Shown: positions 35,501 to 49,662 of the stretch, in pieces
Numbering within the stretch: the stretch's first letter is position 1
Layout of the letters: every line of letters begins with the position of its first letter
From: Prorocentrum cordatum
Taxonomy: Eukaryota
NCBI GenBank assembly: GCA_963575745.1
Contig: CAUYUJ010000076.1
Location: 1-64,000, forward strand
Reading direction: 5' to 3'
Length of the DNA: 64,000 nucleotides
Program-made: the position numbers and the translations under genes
Notes under the pieces: model-generated
Told to the model about the DNA's origin: nothing
Database searches by the model: none
What the model saw: the letters and a program-made list of their open reading frames with translations, nothing else

Positions 35501-36595
35501 AAGTCAATTATTTTTGCTTCATGGGGCTCTCTCAGGAGGCCTCCTGGGGCGTTTGGGAGGCTCCTGGGGTCGTCTTGGGCCATCTTGGACGTCTTGGAGC
35601 GATCTTTCAGCGGCTCGGGCCCCTCTTGGGCCGTCTGCGGGGCCTCGTGGGTGCCTCCTGGACTTTGGAGCCGTCTTGGGCCTGAGAAAGTCATGCGCGA
35701 GGACGCCCCAGGCACGCGGGAAGCGCCGAGAGATCTGGCAATGTCGGGTCTGGGCCCCTGAATTACTCGTCAGGATTGAAGACTGAGGCTCAAGGGATTA
35801 GGCAAAGGATCTGAGGACACGCCCACTCCGTGCCCAGACGCACGGTGGCGGACGAGGATGATTGGGGTGATGACGATGGTGATGATGATGGTGATGATAA
35901 TGATGATCTGCTGATGATGATGATGGTGATGATGTTGATGACGATGGTGATGATGATGATGCTGATGCTGATGATGAGGCTGATGATGGTGATGGTGGTG
36001 GTGATGATGCTGATGATGACGATGAGGATTATGATGGTGATGATGCTGCTTATGATGATGATGATGATGCCGATGCTGGTGCTGATGTTGATGCTGATGA
36101 TGAATATTAGGATGATGATGGTGATGCTGATTGTGACGATGATGATGGTGATGATGATGACGATGATGATGCTGCTGATGTTGATGCTGATGATGCTGCT
36201 GATGATGATTATTATGATGATGATGCTGATGCTGATGCCGATGCTGCCGATGATGAGGATGATGATGCTGCTGATGATGATGACGATGATGACGATGCTG
36301 ATGTTAATGATGATGCTTATGACGACGATGATAACTGTGGTGGTGGTGATGGTGTTTATGGTGGTGGTGATGTATATGATGATGCTGACGAGGCTGCTGA
36401 TGATGATGATGCTACTGATGATGATGAAGAGGATGGGGATGGGGATTATGATTAGGATGAGGATGCTAATGCTGATGCTGATCATGCTGATGTTCATGAT
36501 GCTGATGGCGATGCTGCTGCTGAGGGTGATGCTGTTGATGCTGCTGATGATGATGCTGCCGGTGATGATGATGATGCTGATGATGATGATGTCGC

Positions 36596-36649
<54 letters not shown>

Positions 36650-37003
36650 GGCTGCTGATGATGACGCTGACGCTGATGCAGATTCTGTTGCTGCTGCTGA
36701 TGATGGCGATGCTGATTATACTGATGATGGTGATGATGCTGCTGCTGATGATGCTGCTGATGATGATGGTGATGTTGCCGATGCTGATGATGCTGAAGAT
36801 GATGGTGATGGTGATGCTGATGGTGATGAGCATTATGCTGATGCTGATGATGATGATGATTCTTATGCTGATGCTGATTATACTAATGATGATGCTGTTG
36901 CTGCTTATGATGCTGATGCTGATGCTGATGATGATGATGATGATGATGCTGCTGCTGATGCTGATGCTGACGCTGCTGCTGATGCTGATGATGATGACGA
37001 CGG

Positions 37004-37059
<56 letters not shown>

Positions 37060-37282
37060 GTGATAATGACGATGACTTTGATGCTGATGATGCTGCTGAT
37101 GATGATTATTATGATGACGATGCTGATGCTGATGCTGATGCTGCCGATGATGAGGATGATGATGATGCTGCTGATGATGATGACGATGCTGATGTTAATG
37201 ATGATGCTTATGACGACGATGATAACTGTGGTGGTGGTGATGGTGTTTATGGTGGTGGTGATGGATATGATGATGCTGATGC

Positions 37283-37320
<38 letters not shown>

Positions 37321-37471
37321 CTACTGATGATGATGAAGAGGATGGGGATGGGGATTATGATTAGGATGAGGATGCTAATGCTGATGCTGATCATGCTGAT
37401 GTTCATGATGCTGATGGCGATGCTGCTGCTGAGGGTGATGCTGTTGATGCTGCTGATGATGATGCTGCCGG

Positions 37472-37557
<86 letters not shown>

Positions 37558-37558
37558 C

Positions 37559-37590
<32 letters not shown>

Positions 37591-37594
37591 TCGC

Positions 37595-37636
<42 letters not shown>

Positions 37637-38229
37637 GGCTGCTGATGATGACGCTGACGCTGACGCTGATTCTGTTGCTGCTGCTGATGATGACGATGCT
37701 GATTCTACTGATGATGGTGATGATGCTGCTGTTGATGATGCTCCTGATGATGATGATGGTGATGTTGCCGATGCTGATGATGCTGACGATGATGGTGATG
37801 GTGATGCTGATGGTGATGAGCATTATGCTGATGCTGATGATGCTAATGATGATGCTGTTGCTGCTTATGATGCTGATGATGTTGCTGATGATGATGCTGC
37901 TGCTGATGCTGATGCTGACGCTGCTGCTGATGATGATGATGACGACGGGGATGCTGCTGCTGAGGGTGATGCTGTTGATGCTGCTGATGATGATGCTGAT
38001 GATGATGATGATGATGATGGTGATAATGACGATGACTTTGATGTTGCTGATGCTGTTGCTGATGATTATGATGAGGGTGATGATGCTGATGATGATGGTG
38101 CTGGCGATGACGATGCTGATGCTGATGGTGCTGCTGCTTAGGATGATGATGCTGATGACGATGATGCTGACGACGATGATGCTGATGATGGTGCTGATTG
38201 ATGCTGATGCTGATGATGGTTATGGTGAC

Positions 38230-38260
<31 letters not shown>

Positions 38261-38612
38261 CCTCTGCTGATGATGGTGATGTTGATGATGATGTTGCTGA
38301 TGATGATGGTGCTGCTGCTGATGCTGATGCTGATGGTGATGATGCTGATGATGCTGATGCTGCAACTGCTGATGCTGGTGCTGATGCTGATGCTGATGCT
38401 GCTGCTGCTGATGATGATACTGATGATGCTGATGATGCTGATGCTGCTGCTGCTGATAAGACGATGATGATGAGGATGATGATGGTGGTGGTGATGATGC
38501 TGACGATGCTGATGCTGCTGCTGATGCTGATGATGTTGATGATGATGATGCAGATGATGATGATGCTGATGATGATGCTGATGATGATGATTATGCTGCT
38601 GCTGCTGCTGAA

Positions 38613-38687
<75 letters not shown>

Positions 38688-41600
38688 CATGACGATGACG
38701 ATGATGATGATGATGACGAGGAGGAGGAGGAGGAGGAGGAAACTCGTTTGGGCCGTCTCGGGGCTCTCCTGGCCTCCTGTGAGACAGTCTTGGGGGTCCC
38801 TTGGGGCCCTATTGGGCCGTCTTGGAGCCCTCTTTCGCCGGCTTGGGGCTCATTTGGGCCTTCTTGGGGCTCTCTTGGCCGTATGGTGGGTGTCTTGGGG
38901 CCGTCGTGGGGCCGTCTTGGCGCCGTCTTGGGCCGTCGAAGGACCTTCTAAGGCCGTCTTGGGTCCCACGGGAGGCCCTCTTGGGCCGTCGTGAGGCCGT
39001 CTTGGATACCTCTTGGGCCATCGTGGAGTCCTCTCGGGCTGTGATGAGCTCACGGCAGCCCGAAACGCGAGAATGCGAAAATCATTTGACAGTCCAACGG
39101 ACTTCAATGATTTTGGCTTCTTCTGGCCCTGTTGGAGGTCCCCTTGTGGCCATTTTGGGCCCTTTTGGAGGCATCTAGGGCCGTCTTCAATCAATATTCA
39201 GCCGCCTTTGGGCCATCTTGGGCCGTCTTCGAGTCATCTTGGGCCATCTTGGTGTCTTTGGTTGCCTGCACGGGCCGTCCTGTAAGCTCGTGAAGCAGAT
39301 CCATAGTTTTTCATGAGGGCTCGTGGCTTAGGAGGTCCTGGAGCGCTTGGGAGCAGCGCCTGGGAATGTGGGGAGTGCACGATCCTGAGCAGGTGCGCGT
39401 GAGATGAGGGTCTAGGAGTTAGCAGCCATGCGGGAAGTGCACAATCCTCGAGCGGGCGCGCATGTCAAGAGGGTTCAGGCATTAGCTGCCATGCGGGAGT
39501 TGCTCCAACCTCGAGTGGGCACGCACTGAAGAGGGGTTCAGGCATGTGCTGCCATGTGGGAAGTGCACCATCCTCGAGTGGGCACGCATGGAAGAGGGGG
39601 TTAGGCATTAGCTGCCATGCTGGAAGTGTACCATCCTCGAGCGGGCACGCGGGAGGTGGCCTCGGAAAGGAGGGGCGATACATGCAGCAGTCGGCGTCGA
39701 GAGGGGGTGGTCCCGTATGAGAATCCGAGAAGCCCTGCCAGACAGCCCTTGGCATTCCTCCACGCTTCAACGTGCCAGGGGGGCACGGTGGCGGATTGGG
39801 TCCAGGGCTCTGGTAGAGCTGTTCTGTTGTTGCCCAATCTTGTATTCTTCCCCAGGTAGGCTTGCCGAATGGGTTCTTAGTTTGTTAAAATTTAGTGCCT
39901 CTGATTCTTACGTTGCCCGTTGCTTGGAGGTTCCCCGGGTTTCTTGGGTTCCTTGGGTTCCTCGGGTTCCTCGGGTTCCCCGGGGTCTTCGGGTTCCTCG
40001 GGTTCCTCGGGTTCCTCGGGTTCTTCCTCGGGTTCCTCAGGTTCTTCCTCGGGTTTCCCTTGGGTTCCTCGGGGTTCTCGGTTTCCTCGGGTTCTTCCTC
40101 GGGTTCCCCGGGTTCCCCGGGTTCCCCGGGTTCCCTGGGTTTCTGAGGTTCCTCGGGTCCTGCGAATTTCTTCGGGTTCCCTGGGGTTCCTCGGGTTCCC
40201 CGGGGTCCTCGGGTTTTCCTCGGGCTCCCCGGGTTCCGCGGGTTCCTCAGGCGATGCCGAGCGATGCCGAGCGATGCCGAGCGCTGCCGAGCAGTGCCGA
40301 GCGGCGCCGAGCAGCGCCGAGCGCTGCGCCCGTGCAGAGCGGAGGCGCTCCCCTCACCGGGGGGTCTCGCCGGGCTCCTGCCGCGACGTCGGCTGCCAGG
40401 GGTGGGCCGTCGGCCGTCGGCCGCGCGCTCTCCTCGCCGAATCGGGGCCTGCGTGCCCCGGCCGTTTCCCCGGAGCGTGCGGCGTCGCCGTCGGGGGCCT
40501 GGCTCGCCCGTCTGCCGGCGCGGGGCAGTCGTCGTCGGTTCCAGGCCAATGTTCGCCACGGAGGATCGGGGATCGAGGAGGATCGAGGATCGAGGGGGGC
40601 CTCGCTGCGTCTTGAGGCTGTCGGGAGGAAAGTCCTGGAGGATCGAGGAGCATCGAGCATCGAGGACCGAGGGGGGGCCTTCTTTGCACATAGGCGCTGG
40701 CGCAGTTTTTGGCTTCCCTGGGCCCTCCGCGAGGCGTGGGACTGCCAGGGAACGACTGGGGATGAGAGCTGGTCCCAGAGAGAAGCCCCAGAATGCAGGT
40801 CCCGTTTCCCTCGGGACCCGTTCCCTCCCCCTCCTCCGCCTCCTCCTCCGCCTCCTCCTCCCTCCTCCTCCTCTCTCCTCCCTTCTCCCTCCTCCCTTCT
40901 CCCTCCTCCCTCCTCCTCTCTCCTCCCTCCTCTCTCCTCCCTCCTCCCTCCTCCTCCTCCTCCTCCTCCTCCTCCTCCTCCTCTTCCTCCTTTTCCTCCT
41001 CCTCCTCCTCCTCCTCCTCCTCCTCCTCCTCCTCTTCCTCCCCCCCGACGTCATGATTCTTTCATGACGTCGCCCCCCAGAGGTCTGGACCGGCTTCGCT
41101 TGCCGGGGACCAGCGTTTCATCCCGAGACGTTCTCTGACAGTCCCTGGGCCCAGTGAGGGCCCCTGGAGGCCGGAAATGGGCAAGAACCTCCCGTCATGT
41201 TGTTCTCACGGCGCGAGGGGGCTTGGGTTTCTTTCATGCCAAGCTGCCCCCTCTCCCCTCCCCCCCCTGAGCCTGTCCCTTAGGTGTTCGATCATGGACG
41301 CTTGTTTTGCCGCAGCCATCCAGCTTCCGCTCCGAACACCGCAGGGAACCGCAGCAGAGCGCCGGAAGCCGCCGAAGTCCGACAGAACACCGCCGGAGGC
41401 CGCCGGAAAGCGTCCGGGGAGGCCGCCGAAGGCCGCCAACGGCGGCCCAGGAGCGAGGGGTGACGAGGCTGCCCCTGGTCGAGCACGCAGTGCCCCCCGC
41501 CCCGCCTGTCGGTGCCCCTCGCCCAGATCGGCGCCGACGCCCTGCAGGCCCGGAGGGACGGGGCGCTCGAGGCGCTGCTGGGCGCCGCGGGCCACGGGGT

Positions 41601-44600
41601 CTTCTCCTGCCCCGCCCGGGAGGAGAACAGAACGGCATCTCCGCAGAAGCAGATCGTATTTTCGGGGGTGGACAGGCCTCCTACCCTGACGCGTCGATTT
41701 AAGGAATTGGCCGTTTTCGGTTCGCGGGAGGGCGTCGCGGCCGTCATTTTTGCGGGTCCAGGTCCGTCGGTTTCGGTCCTGGGCCGTTTTCGCTAAGGGG
41801 AGGTTTACTAAAGGGAGGTTTGTCCACCGCCGAAGTCTACCACGGAAGCTCCGAACCAGAATCCAGAAATCGGTGGTTCAGTCTTGAGCGTTGGCTGCGG
41901 ATGCGGAGTTCATTCTGCACCCAGCCGCGCTTCATGCGGCATCGAGTGTGCTGGCATCCGACGACGCCTCGCTGCCGACAGACGTTGCGGCGCCTCGGCG
42001 TCTGAAACAAATGAGTAAACCACGGAAGATCCCAGTTTTCTTTGGACGTGCGTCGGCGAATACTGCCCACTACCGTTCAATAGCGCCAAGCAGCGCCCTG
42101 TGGCGCCGAACAGCAATCAAGTAGCGCCCAACAGCGACAAATGGCGCCCACTATAACGCCATGCGATGAGAGGTGCATCATGTCCGCTCCGTGCGCGAGT
42201 GGCGGGCTATTGGGCGCCATGGTCGGGGTTGGACAGACCTCCTACCCTGACACGTCGATTGAGGAATTGGCCGTTCTCGGTTTGCGAGAGGGCGTCGCGG
42301 CCGTCATTTTTGCGGGTCCGACGGTTTCGGTCCCAGGCCGTTTTCACTAAGGGGAGGTCTACTAAATGGAGGTTTGTCCACCGCCGACATGGGGACGACC
42401 ACACGCTTCCGTGCGTTGCTTTCCGAGCATGGGCCCGCAGATCCGGGCGCTGCCGTCTTCTTCACACCGCGTGCCCTTCCGCCCAGCTCGGGCCCCGGGA
42501 GCAGCCCAGATCGCCTCGCCTCGGACCATGCAGCAGAGAAAGGTGGGGTCCAAGGCTCTCTGGTCGCCTTTTTTGGGTCGGATTGACGTGTTGGAGATGG
42601 CACGCGAGCAAACAAGAGCGAACTGTCTTAAACCGATTGTTGTTCCCTACCTAGGCTCTGCCTAGAAGGGTTCTTACTTTATTGCTTAAAGGGCCGGGCA
42701 GTGTTCCCCGCCCCGGGCGGTTCCCCCAGGATCCGCCCCGCGGTTCCCCCAGTGACGTTCCCTTAGCTTCGCGTTGCTTATCTCATCTTAGCTTAGCCTA
42801 GCTTAGCTTAGCTTAGCTTAGCTTAGCTTAGCTTAGCCTAGCCTAGCTTAGGTTAGCTTAGCTTAGCTCAGCTCAGCTCAGCTTAGCTTAGCGCAGCGCA
42901 GCATTAGCATAGCATAGCATAGCATAGCATATCATAGCATATCATAGCATCGCGTAGCATATCATAGCATAGCGCAGCATAGCATAGCGCAGCAAAACAT
43001 AGCATAGCACAGCAACTCATATTATATCATACCATAGCGCAGCATATCATAGCACAGCATACTATAGCACAGCACAGCATAGCACAGCACATCATACCAT
43101 ATCATAACATATCATAGCATATCATATCATAGCATATCATAGCGCATCATATCATATCATATCATATCATATCATATCATATCATATCATATAATATCAT
43201 ATCATATCATATCATAGCGCAACATAGCAAATCATATCACATCATAGCGCATCATATCATATCATAGCATTTCACAGCATAACATAACATATCATAGCAT
43301 AGCGCAGTATAGCACGTCATAACATAGCCTAACCTATAATAGCATAGCGCAGCATAACATTGCATATCATATCATAGCGCAGCATAGCATAGCATAGCAT
43401 AGCATAGCATATCATAGCCTTAGATGTAGATGCAGCTGTAGGTGTAGATGTAGGTGTAAAAGTAGATGTAGATGTGAGTCTCGCTCTTGATGTTGATGTA
43501 GATGTAGATGCAGGTGTAGATGTAAATGTAGCTGTCGGTGTAGATGTAGATGTTGCGTTCCTAAATGCTCCAACTCCTAGGTAGGGTCGCACTTGGATAA
43601 TTGTCGTTGTTGAACTCTCACCACTGAAGACAAAGTGTTGTTGATCCCACCCGCGCGGGTTTCTCGGAGCGGCGCTGGGCCTCTCCTGGCGGCTGCGCCC
43701 CGGGCGCCGCCCCGGGCGCCGCCCTGTGCGCGCCCGGGGAGAGGGGGCCCCAGCGCCGGGTCCAGGAGGAATTGAGCCGGGCACGTGCCTTTCCAGGGAG
43801 AAAGCAGTCAACAAAATAGTCAGGGGACGATTTTTTTGTTTTGTTTGTTTGTTTTTTTGGTTTGTTGTCTGTTTGTTTGTTTGTTTGCTTGTTTGTTGTT
43901 GTGACAGTGTTGGAATCTTTGTTGTTGGTATTTTGTTTTTTCGTCCAAAATTCGACTGTAGGGGGACATGCCCGACGTGAAAGAAAAATCCCTGCGGTCC
44001 TCCGAAAGGTCCCTAAGATCCGAAATTGCAACGAACATGCAACATCGCAAACAATAAAAACGCGACCAGAGCCTTGGAGCCCACCTTTCTGCTGCATTGT
44101 CCGGGGCCCGGAACTGGGCGGAAACGCGCGGACCTCCGACACTTTTTGCTTGCCCATCGGTCGCTGAAAGTCGGCATCTGTGCGCTCCCGGATTCCCCAC
44201 CTGCCCTGGGCGCCTTCCTGCCTCGGTCGTCGAGCGCTTTCCCCTTCTCCTCCTCCTGGCAGCGGGCTGGCGGGGATCCGATCGACCGTCGCCGCCTCTC
44301 TTTAACGGGCGAAGAACGGTATAAAATAAACTTTTGCGCCGTCGGGGGCGCCTGTCCCTGGGCGGCTGGAAAGTTTATACCCCTACGGTGCCACCGTAAG
44401 GGTATAAACTTTCCAGCTGCCCTGGGACAGGCGCCCCCGACAGCGAACAAGTTTATCTTATACCGTTCTTCGCCCGTTAATTTCGGCTCCACGCCTCCGC
44501 CCACCTCTGCCGGCCGCTGGGGATATGCAGTCCTTCCTCCTCCCGCCAGCGTGCGCCGCCGGGGCGGGGGCCTACCTGGAGGGGCTGCGCGCGGCGGGCA

Positions 44601-47600
44601 CCGAGGAGCCGGGCTCGAGCGGAACGGTGCCGTGGCGATCTCGTGGGCCGTCCTCGCTCCGAGTCTGCGCCGCAGCAAGGTCTCGGAACGAGCGCAGCAC
44701 GAGGGAAGGCGAACGCCACGGCAAGGGGAAGCACTGCGTAGCACAGCTGCCCTGGTGCGCTCGTGCTGAAGCGCAGCACGTGCTGTGCTCCGGACGTCTC
44801 TCACGCACGTGTTGGCCCACGTTTTGGTGAACGTACCGCGCCAGACCTGCACCCATCAGGAATCGCAAGAACAAACACATCAACGTTCATGTACTCCAGC
44901 TTTCGTTCAAGAGAGTCGGATAGTCTGGACTGGACCCTGGGCGTTCTCTTGGAGCTTGTTTCTCCGTAGAGTGTTCGTATGTCTGGACCTGGGCTACGGT
45001 TTCAAGAAACGCTTGGCGTGACGCCCATTTTCTTGGGCTGCAAGACGCCACGGGCTGCGTGCGTGCAGTGGAGGCCCGTGCCAAGCAACGCCCTGCTTGC
45101 CTCCAGACTCGGCCTTGCCGTGGAGAGCGCGACGCCCCCAGGGCAAGTGCAAACTCCAGCAGGGAAAGTTCATCTTGCCGGGGCCCCGCAGGGTGCCCAC
45201 GGCAAGTCGCCCAGGGGGTTTCCTTGCTCCGCGCCCCTTGCCGTGGAAAGCGTGACGCCCCCAGGGCGGGAAAGCGCGACGCCCCCAGGGGAGCGCTGGG
45301 CCCCCCGCCCCCTGGCAAGGGACGCCCCGGGGTCTCCACGTGGGGTTTCCCCGTGGGAGGCCTCGTGCGGCCTGGCCTGCCGCGGTGCCGCGCCTCGGGG
45401 GGCGGCCGCGCCCCCCCCGAGGCCCGAGAGCCCCGCTCCCGAGGAGGCCGCCGCCGCCCAGGCGCACCTGCTCCTGCCGCTGCCGCCGCCCCGGAAGGCC
45501 CGGCGCGAGGATCGGCCACACGCCAGGCTTGGCATCGCTCGGACGTGTGCATGTTTCCTTCGACGAGGACCATTGAGGAGCATCGTTGACCATTTGGCGA
45601 AAAAGCCACGCACGAAACCGAAAGAAGCACAAGGACTGGACGTCCGAGCGATGGCCAGCAGGGGGGAACCTCGGAGGTGGACAGGCCTCCTACCCTGTCA
45701 CGTCGACTAGCGACTTGGCCGTTTTCGGTTTGCGGGAGGGCGTCGCGGCCGTCATTTTTGCGGGTCCAGGTCTGTCGGTTTCGGTCCCAGGCCGTTTTCA
45801 CCAAAGGGAGGTTTACTAAAGTGAGGTTTCTCCACCGCCGAGAACCCTTCGCCGGAGCGACCTTTGGTGCGGGCCCACCAGGGGCCCCCTGATGTCTCGG
45901 GGGCGGCAAAGAGGGGGTGATGACTGGGGGGGGTGGATATCACGGCGGGGCCATGGTATTTCCCTAGATCTCATGGCGCCTCTTCTTGCTTCATTGCGTC
46001 CCTGGCCCCCCCGCTGGGCCGCGCACATGCCGCCGGTCATGATTTGCACCCGCCCCCTCTTGGACACCCCCCTCTTGGCCGCTCCCGAATTTCATCGGGG
46101 CTCAGGAGACGGGGGTCAATGCAAACGGGGGTCAGCCAGGGCGCCGGGTCTTGCAGGATCCTGCACGGCCAGGGTCGCGCTGGCCTGGGTTTGGGTGCAG
46201 GATCCAGCAGGATCCTGCAGAGCCCGTGGTGCATTGACCCGGCTTTGGGTGCGGGATCCTGCAGGATCCTGCAAGGCCTAACTGACCCGGCTCTGGATTG
46301 ATCCGGGTCAGCAGATCCCCGATTGCAGAGGTGGACATCGAAGAACCAACAAAAAACGCAATCATACACTTTTGGCGCTCCGCGCAGATTTCTTGGATCG
46401 GCGTCTGGTCCCTCTGGGCGGCGCTTCGGGCGCCGTCCCTGGCGCGCTCCGCGCGCCAGAGAGGGTGGTCCAGCGCAGATCCAAGAAATCCGCGCGGAGC
46501 GCCAAAAGGTCTATGCTTTTGGCGTTTTTCCTTCTCTGGAAAAGGTATCCATACTGCTACCCTTCTCCCGTTGGAGGCCCTCGTCTTCACCGCTGGATTC
46601 GCCTTGAAATCCTGGTCAGAACGCGCCCCGGGAGAGGTCCGGGGAGTAGCGGTATCGGTACCTGTTGGTTTCCCCATGATTGCCGAGCGCGGTGTGGAAG
46701 TAGCGTCCTGCACGGTTGTGGTTCCGGGGCGGGGACTTTTCCATAACCACTGCCTGGGGGATCGATCTTCGCGGACCTCCATAGGCGGTGGATATGGATG
46801 TATTCGGGCCCCCGGCGGTCGAAATATATGCACGTCCACCGCCCGCTGGGGTACTAGGCCGCCGGTTCCCAGGCGGTGGATACGGATAAGTCCGCGTCTC
46901 GCAGCGATTGGTCCCCCCCGCGGCCCCCGAGAAAGCCGCGCACCAAGGGTCGTTCTTGCCCGGGGCCGCTCCTGCGTGTGGCCAAGAGGAGCGGCTGGTG
47001 GTGCTCGCGCTCCGCCGGGAGCCCGTGCCGGGAGAGCAGGCGGAAGCGGCACGGGCACGGCTCGGAGTCCGAGGAGGGAGAGGCATTCCAGATTCCGCAA
47101 TAAGAGGGGGGTGGTCTGGTTTTTTTGGGGGCTGATTGGAGCTGTCTTTGAGGGTTCCAGGGGGCCTGGGCAAACGGCCGCCCTTTCATGGCTAGTCTGG
47201 GGGGGTCTAACATGGCTCGTCTGGGAGGGTTGTGCCCCCCTTCCCTTTGATTGCGTAATCTGGAGTGCCATCACCGCTGCCCTTGCCCCGTTTTCATCTG
47301 CTTCGGGCCTCCTGGGAGGCCCTCGTCGCCATCGCCAGATTCGCCTCGAGATTCTGGTCAGAACGCGCTTCAGGAGAGGGCCGGGGAGAAGCGGTAGATG
47401 GGCACCTTGCGGTTCCCCCACGGGGGGTGCCGGGCCCGTGCGGAGGACGTCCACAGACCTGCTCGAGTCGTAAAGGATCCGGGCGGGAGGGTTTTGGCCC
47501 TTGTCGGTCTCTGGGGGCCCTCGCCGGGCCCCCGTATTGAAAAAGTCATGACGTCGCATGTTTGGGTCTGTGTGCTCAGTCTTCGTCCAGGCTTTTACTC

Positions 47601-49513
47601 CGTCCGTCTGGGCTTGGCCTCTCCTGACAGGATGCCAAAAGTCCCTGCGGGATGAGTCCGCGCAGAGTGCTCGGCCTCCGTCCGGGCTTCCGCCGTCCGG
47701 ACGGCGCCCCTTCTTGAGTGACCCAGACCTGCCCGCGTCGTGTAGAAATCGTGGAACCATCGCCAGGCCCTGGGACGGTAACAAGAACGGCCCGGGATGG
47801 AACGCCGGCCTCGGGGAGAGGGCAGGACGTCCGGGGACCGCGCATGGGAAAACCGAAGGCGTCGCCTGTCTGGGGAGCTTTCGTCGGAGGAGGGCCGTCC
47901 TCCTTGGCCCTCCTGGAGGCTTTCCGCGTCGCCACGACCGGATCCGCTGCCCAAAGCGGGTCAGGGTGGCCTTGCGGAGGGGTCCGGGGACCGACTCTGA
48001 GCGGATTTGGGCCAGGCGAGGGCCGCCATCGTTTCATTTTTCTCTTCACCAAGCCATGGGGGTGACTCGTCATCCGCGACGTCAGCAATCGCACACGCGC
48101 ATGCGAACAGCAAGTCAAGGTGCCTGCACAGGCCTCCAGCCAGCGAGCCCACGAGCTCGCCCAGAATGAAAGACAGCGACGCAAAAGGCCAGGTTGAAAG
48201 GATAGCAAGCACAGCTAGTGCCACGAGATCACTACCCAGCTCGAAGATCGCCGAATACTTAAATCGTTGTTCGGCCGGCGAGCCCAGGGGGAAGCGAGGA
48301 GGGGCGGGCCTTCTCAGAAGGCTCGGAAGTCCCCTGGCCTTCTGCGAAGTTTCTTGAGCCTTCCCTGGTGACATTGGACACTTCTCTAAGGGCGCGAGGG
48401 CTTCTTGAGAAGCCCCGCCGCCTTTTGAGAGAAGGCCTTCTCCTTCTCACTTCCACCCCTCGCTCGCCGCCGAACTGCTTCGTGGCCAGGCCCATCCTGA
48501 ATCCAGGGGCTGTGTATACGCTCTCCTGGTGTGGCGTATACAGCTCTGCTGGGGTCAGTGTAGGTCTGGCCAGGGAGCAGTGGACGTGTACTGTATAGAT
48601 TTCGTCGCCCTCGGGAGCGTGGGCGAAGACTCGAGTTCGCTGGAACTCGGGTTTGCCGACGCTTTGTGAGGGGCCCGTCCCGAATCTTGACGGTCCAGGT
48701 TTCGTGGGATGTCTGCAGCGGGAGCTCGCGTCGGATCTCAGACTGGGCCTCGCCGTTCTCCTGACGGCCCTTTCAGGCCAAGCCGAGTCCTCCAAACCCG
48801 AGTCTTGCGCCTCCCCGAGAGAAGAGAGGCGAGGGGGTCCAGGGCCGGCGCCAGGGAGACGGCCCCGAGGGCCTCCGACAGCTCACGCCCCGACCCCCGC
48901 CGCCAGGTTGCTTCCATGACGCGCTCAGCCCTGGAGGCCTGGACCCCTTCCCGGGGGGCCAGCTTCTCCTCCGGCGCCGTCCCCTCCTATGGGCGACGCG
49001 AGACAACGGGGTCGCCTGCGCCGACAGTGGCGCGCAAGCGGCCCTCGTAAGCTCGTGCGTGAGCACCCTCGCTGCCAAGGCAGCGTGCCGCGCCGGCGGC
49101 CCGCGTAAGCCTCTGCGAAAGGTCGCTACGTCATCTCGCGTCAGACCTGTTCTTGGTCGTCGCTCGTATGGTCCCGGGCCGCGGTGAGGGCCCCAGAGGC
49201 CGAGGGCGGCCGACAGCTCGAGTGGGGGATGGACTGCAGAATTGATCCACCGCATAAGTAATGTGCTCAGCGAATCCATGCATCACATGTAACATTTTCG
49301 TATGCACCTACGAAGGTTGATTCATTTGTTTCGCGAGCTCGGCGAGCATTTGCAGTCTTGGGGCGATATCTCTTCTGCAGCCGATCGGCCCCCCACTCGA
49401 ACAGCGCTCCGCCACGACTTTTTCCCACGGCCCGAGGGGTCGGGACGCCCGTGCCGCCCGCTCTGGTCTCCCGCCCCTCGGCGCGGGTGTCGCCTCCTCC
49501 TCCTCCTCCTCCT

Positions 49514-49544
<31 letters not shown>

Positions 49545-49631
49545 CGCCTCCTCCTCCTCCTCCTCCCTCCTCCTCCTCCTCCTCCGCCTCCTCCTCCTCC
49601 TCCGCCTTCTCCTCCTCCACCTCCGCCTCCT

Positions 49632-49662
<31 letters not shown>

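Noticed and set aside
35830..38994. 1054-aa Met-rich ORF and the antisense 677-aa Ile-rich ORF
   Set aside because: Translation of a GAT/GCT microsatellite inside a MutY intron
42785..42895. Telomere-like (TTAGC)n
   Set aside because: Internal to a mobile element and not the TTTAGGG-type telomere repeat; it grades into other pentamers
48470..48800. Possible LINE endonuclease or gene fragment (SAGVSVG motif)
   Set aside because: Short and interrupted by stops, with no supporting RT or EN motifs
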